DNA of 63,735 nucleotides, the filler included, from Octopus bimaculoides (lineage: Eukaryota), in the NCBI RefSeq assembly GCF_001194135.2. It is 6 parts of 5 records of this genome, joined end to end, with 100 filler letters (N's around TTAATTAATTAA, not from the genome) between each part and the next. Parts side by side here need not be neighbours in the genome. Positions count along the whole stretch, not along the records: positions 62,701 to 63,735 come from NC_068991.1; 5 more parts are not named here. One strand, 5' to 3'. The position numbers were made by a program, and so were the translations under genes. How positions within the stretch are numbered: position 1 is the stretch's first letter; every line of letters begins with the position of its first letter. Below the pieces are notes generated by a model. That model ran no database searches. It was not told the origin of the DNA and worked only from the letters and a program-made list of their open reading frames with translations. Positions 63,453 to 63,735 of this stretch are shown piece by piece.

Positions 63453-63735
63453 AAAACACATGTGTGTATTCTTATGAATATATCTATCTATTATATAAAA
63501 AGCGCACATATTTGGGTGTATATACCTATGTATATATACATATATATAGGGGTAAATATTAGATATATATGCATGTTAAACGTAGAGACTTAATAAGGGA
63601 ATTCTAATGATAGCAATTTATAATTAATTAATTAAAATTAAAAATAAATGCTTAAGAATTTGAACTTAGATTCTAGTATATTACTTCATTGGAAAAAAAA
63701 AAAAAATTATACTAAATTGAAATTGAATTTAAAAT

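Noticed and set aside
63453-63735. Hammerhead or pseudo-LTR downstream of the terminal GIY-YIG ORF
   Set aside because: Only CTAATGATAGC at ~63604 resembles a core, with no stem II/GAAA following.

Overview
AT-rich, gap-ridden, microsatellite-saturated eukaryotic scaffold segment. The SINE repertoire and N44-TTAATTAATTAA-N44 gap linkers point to a cephalopod draft assembly, most likely Octopus; this is inference, not a database result. I find no intact protein-coding gene and no prokaryote-type system such as CRISPR or an operon. Almost every long ORF in the track is an artefact of N runs or simple repeats. The real content is a layered transposon graveyard: a CR1-clade LINE RT remnant, several tRNA-derived SINE families, and Tc1/mariner, maT-like, pogo and hAT DNA transposon remnants and MITEs. 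There are also Ty3/Gypsy pieces, a solo LTR, and at least seven Penelope-like element (PLE) fragments of about three types. Best-supported observations: (1) a nested insertion at 25177-29480, where a deleted Gypsy element carries a TSD-flanked ORF1-only Tx1/L1-like element in its 5' LTR and a PLE in its body; (2) a minimal dimer-type hammerhead ribozyme in that PLE; (3) PLEs with a CxCx5Cx5C motif, Asn-rich linkers and an apparently intact GIY-YIG domain at 62880-63452; (4) SINE and LINE 3' tails sharing a hairpin with compensatory changes; (5) two hairpin-based tandem arrays grown from SINE segments; (6) scattered splice signals, notably a well-formed 93-nt intron at 31833-31925, hinting at unannotated host transcripts.
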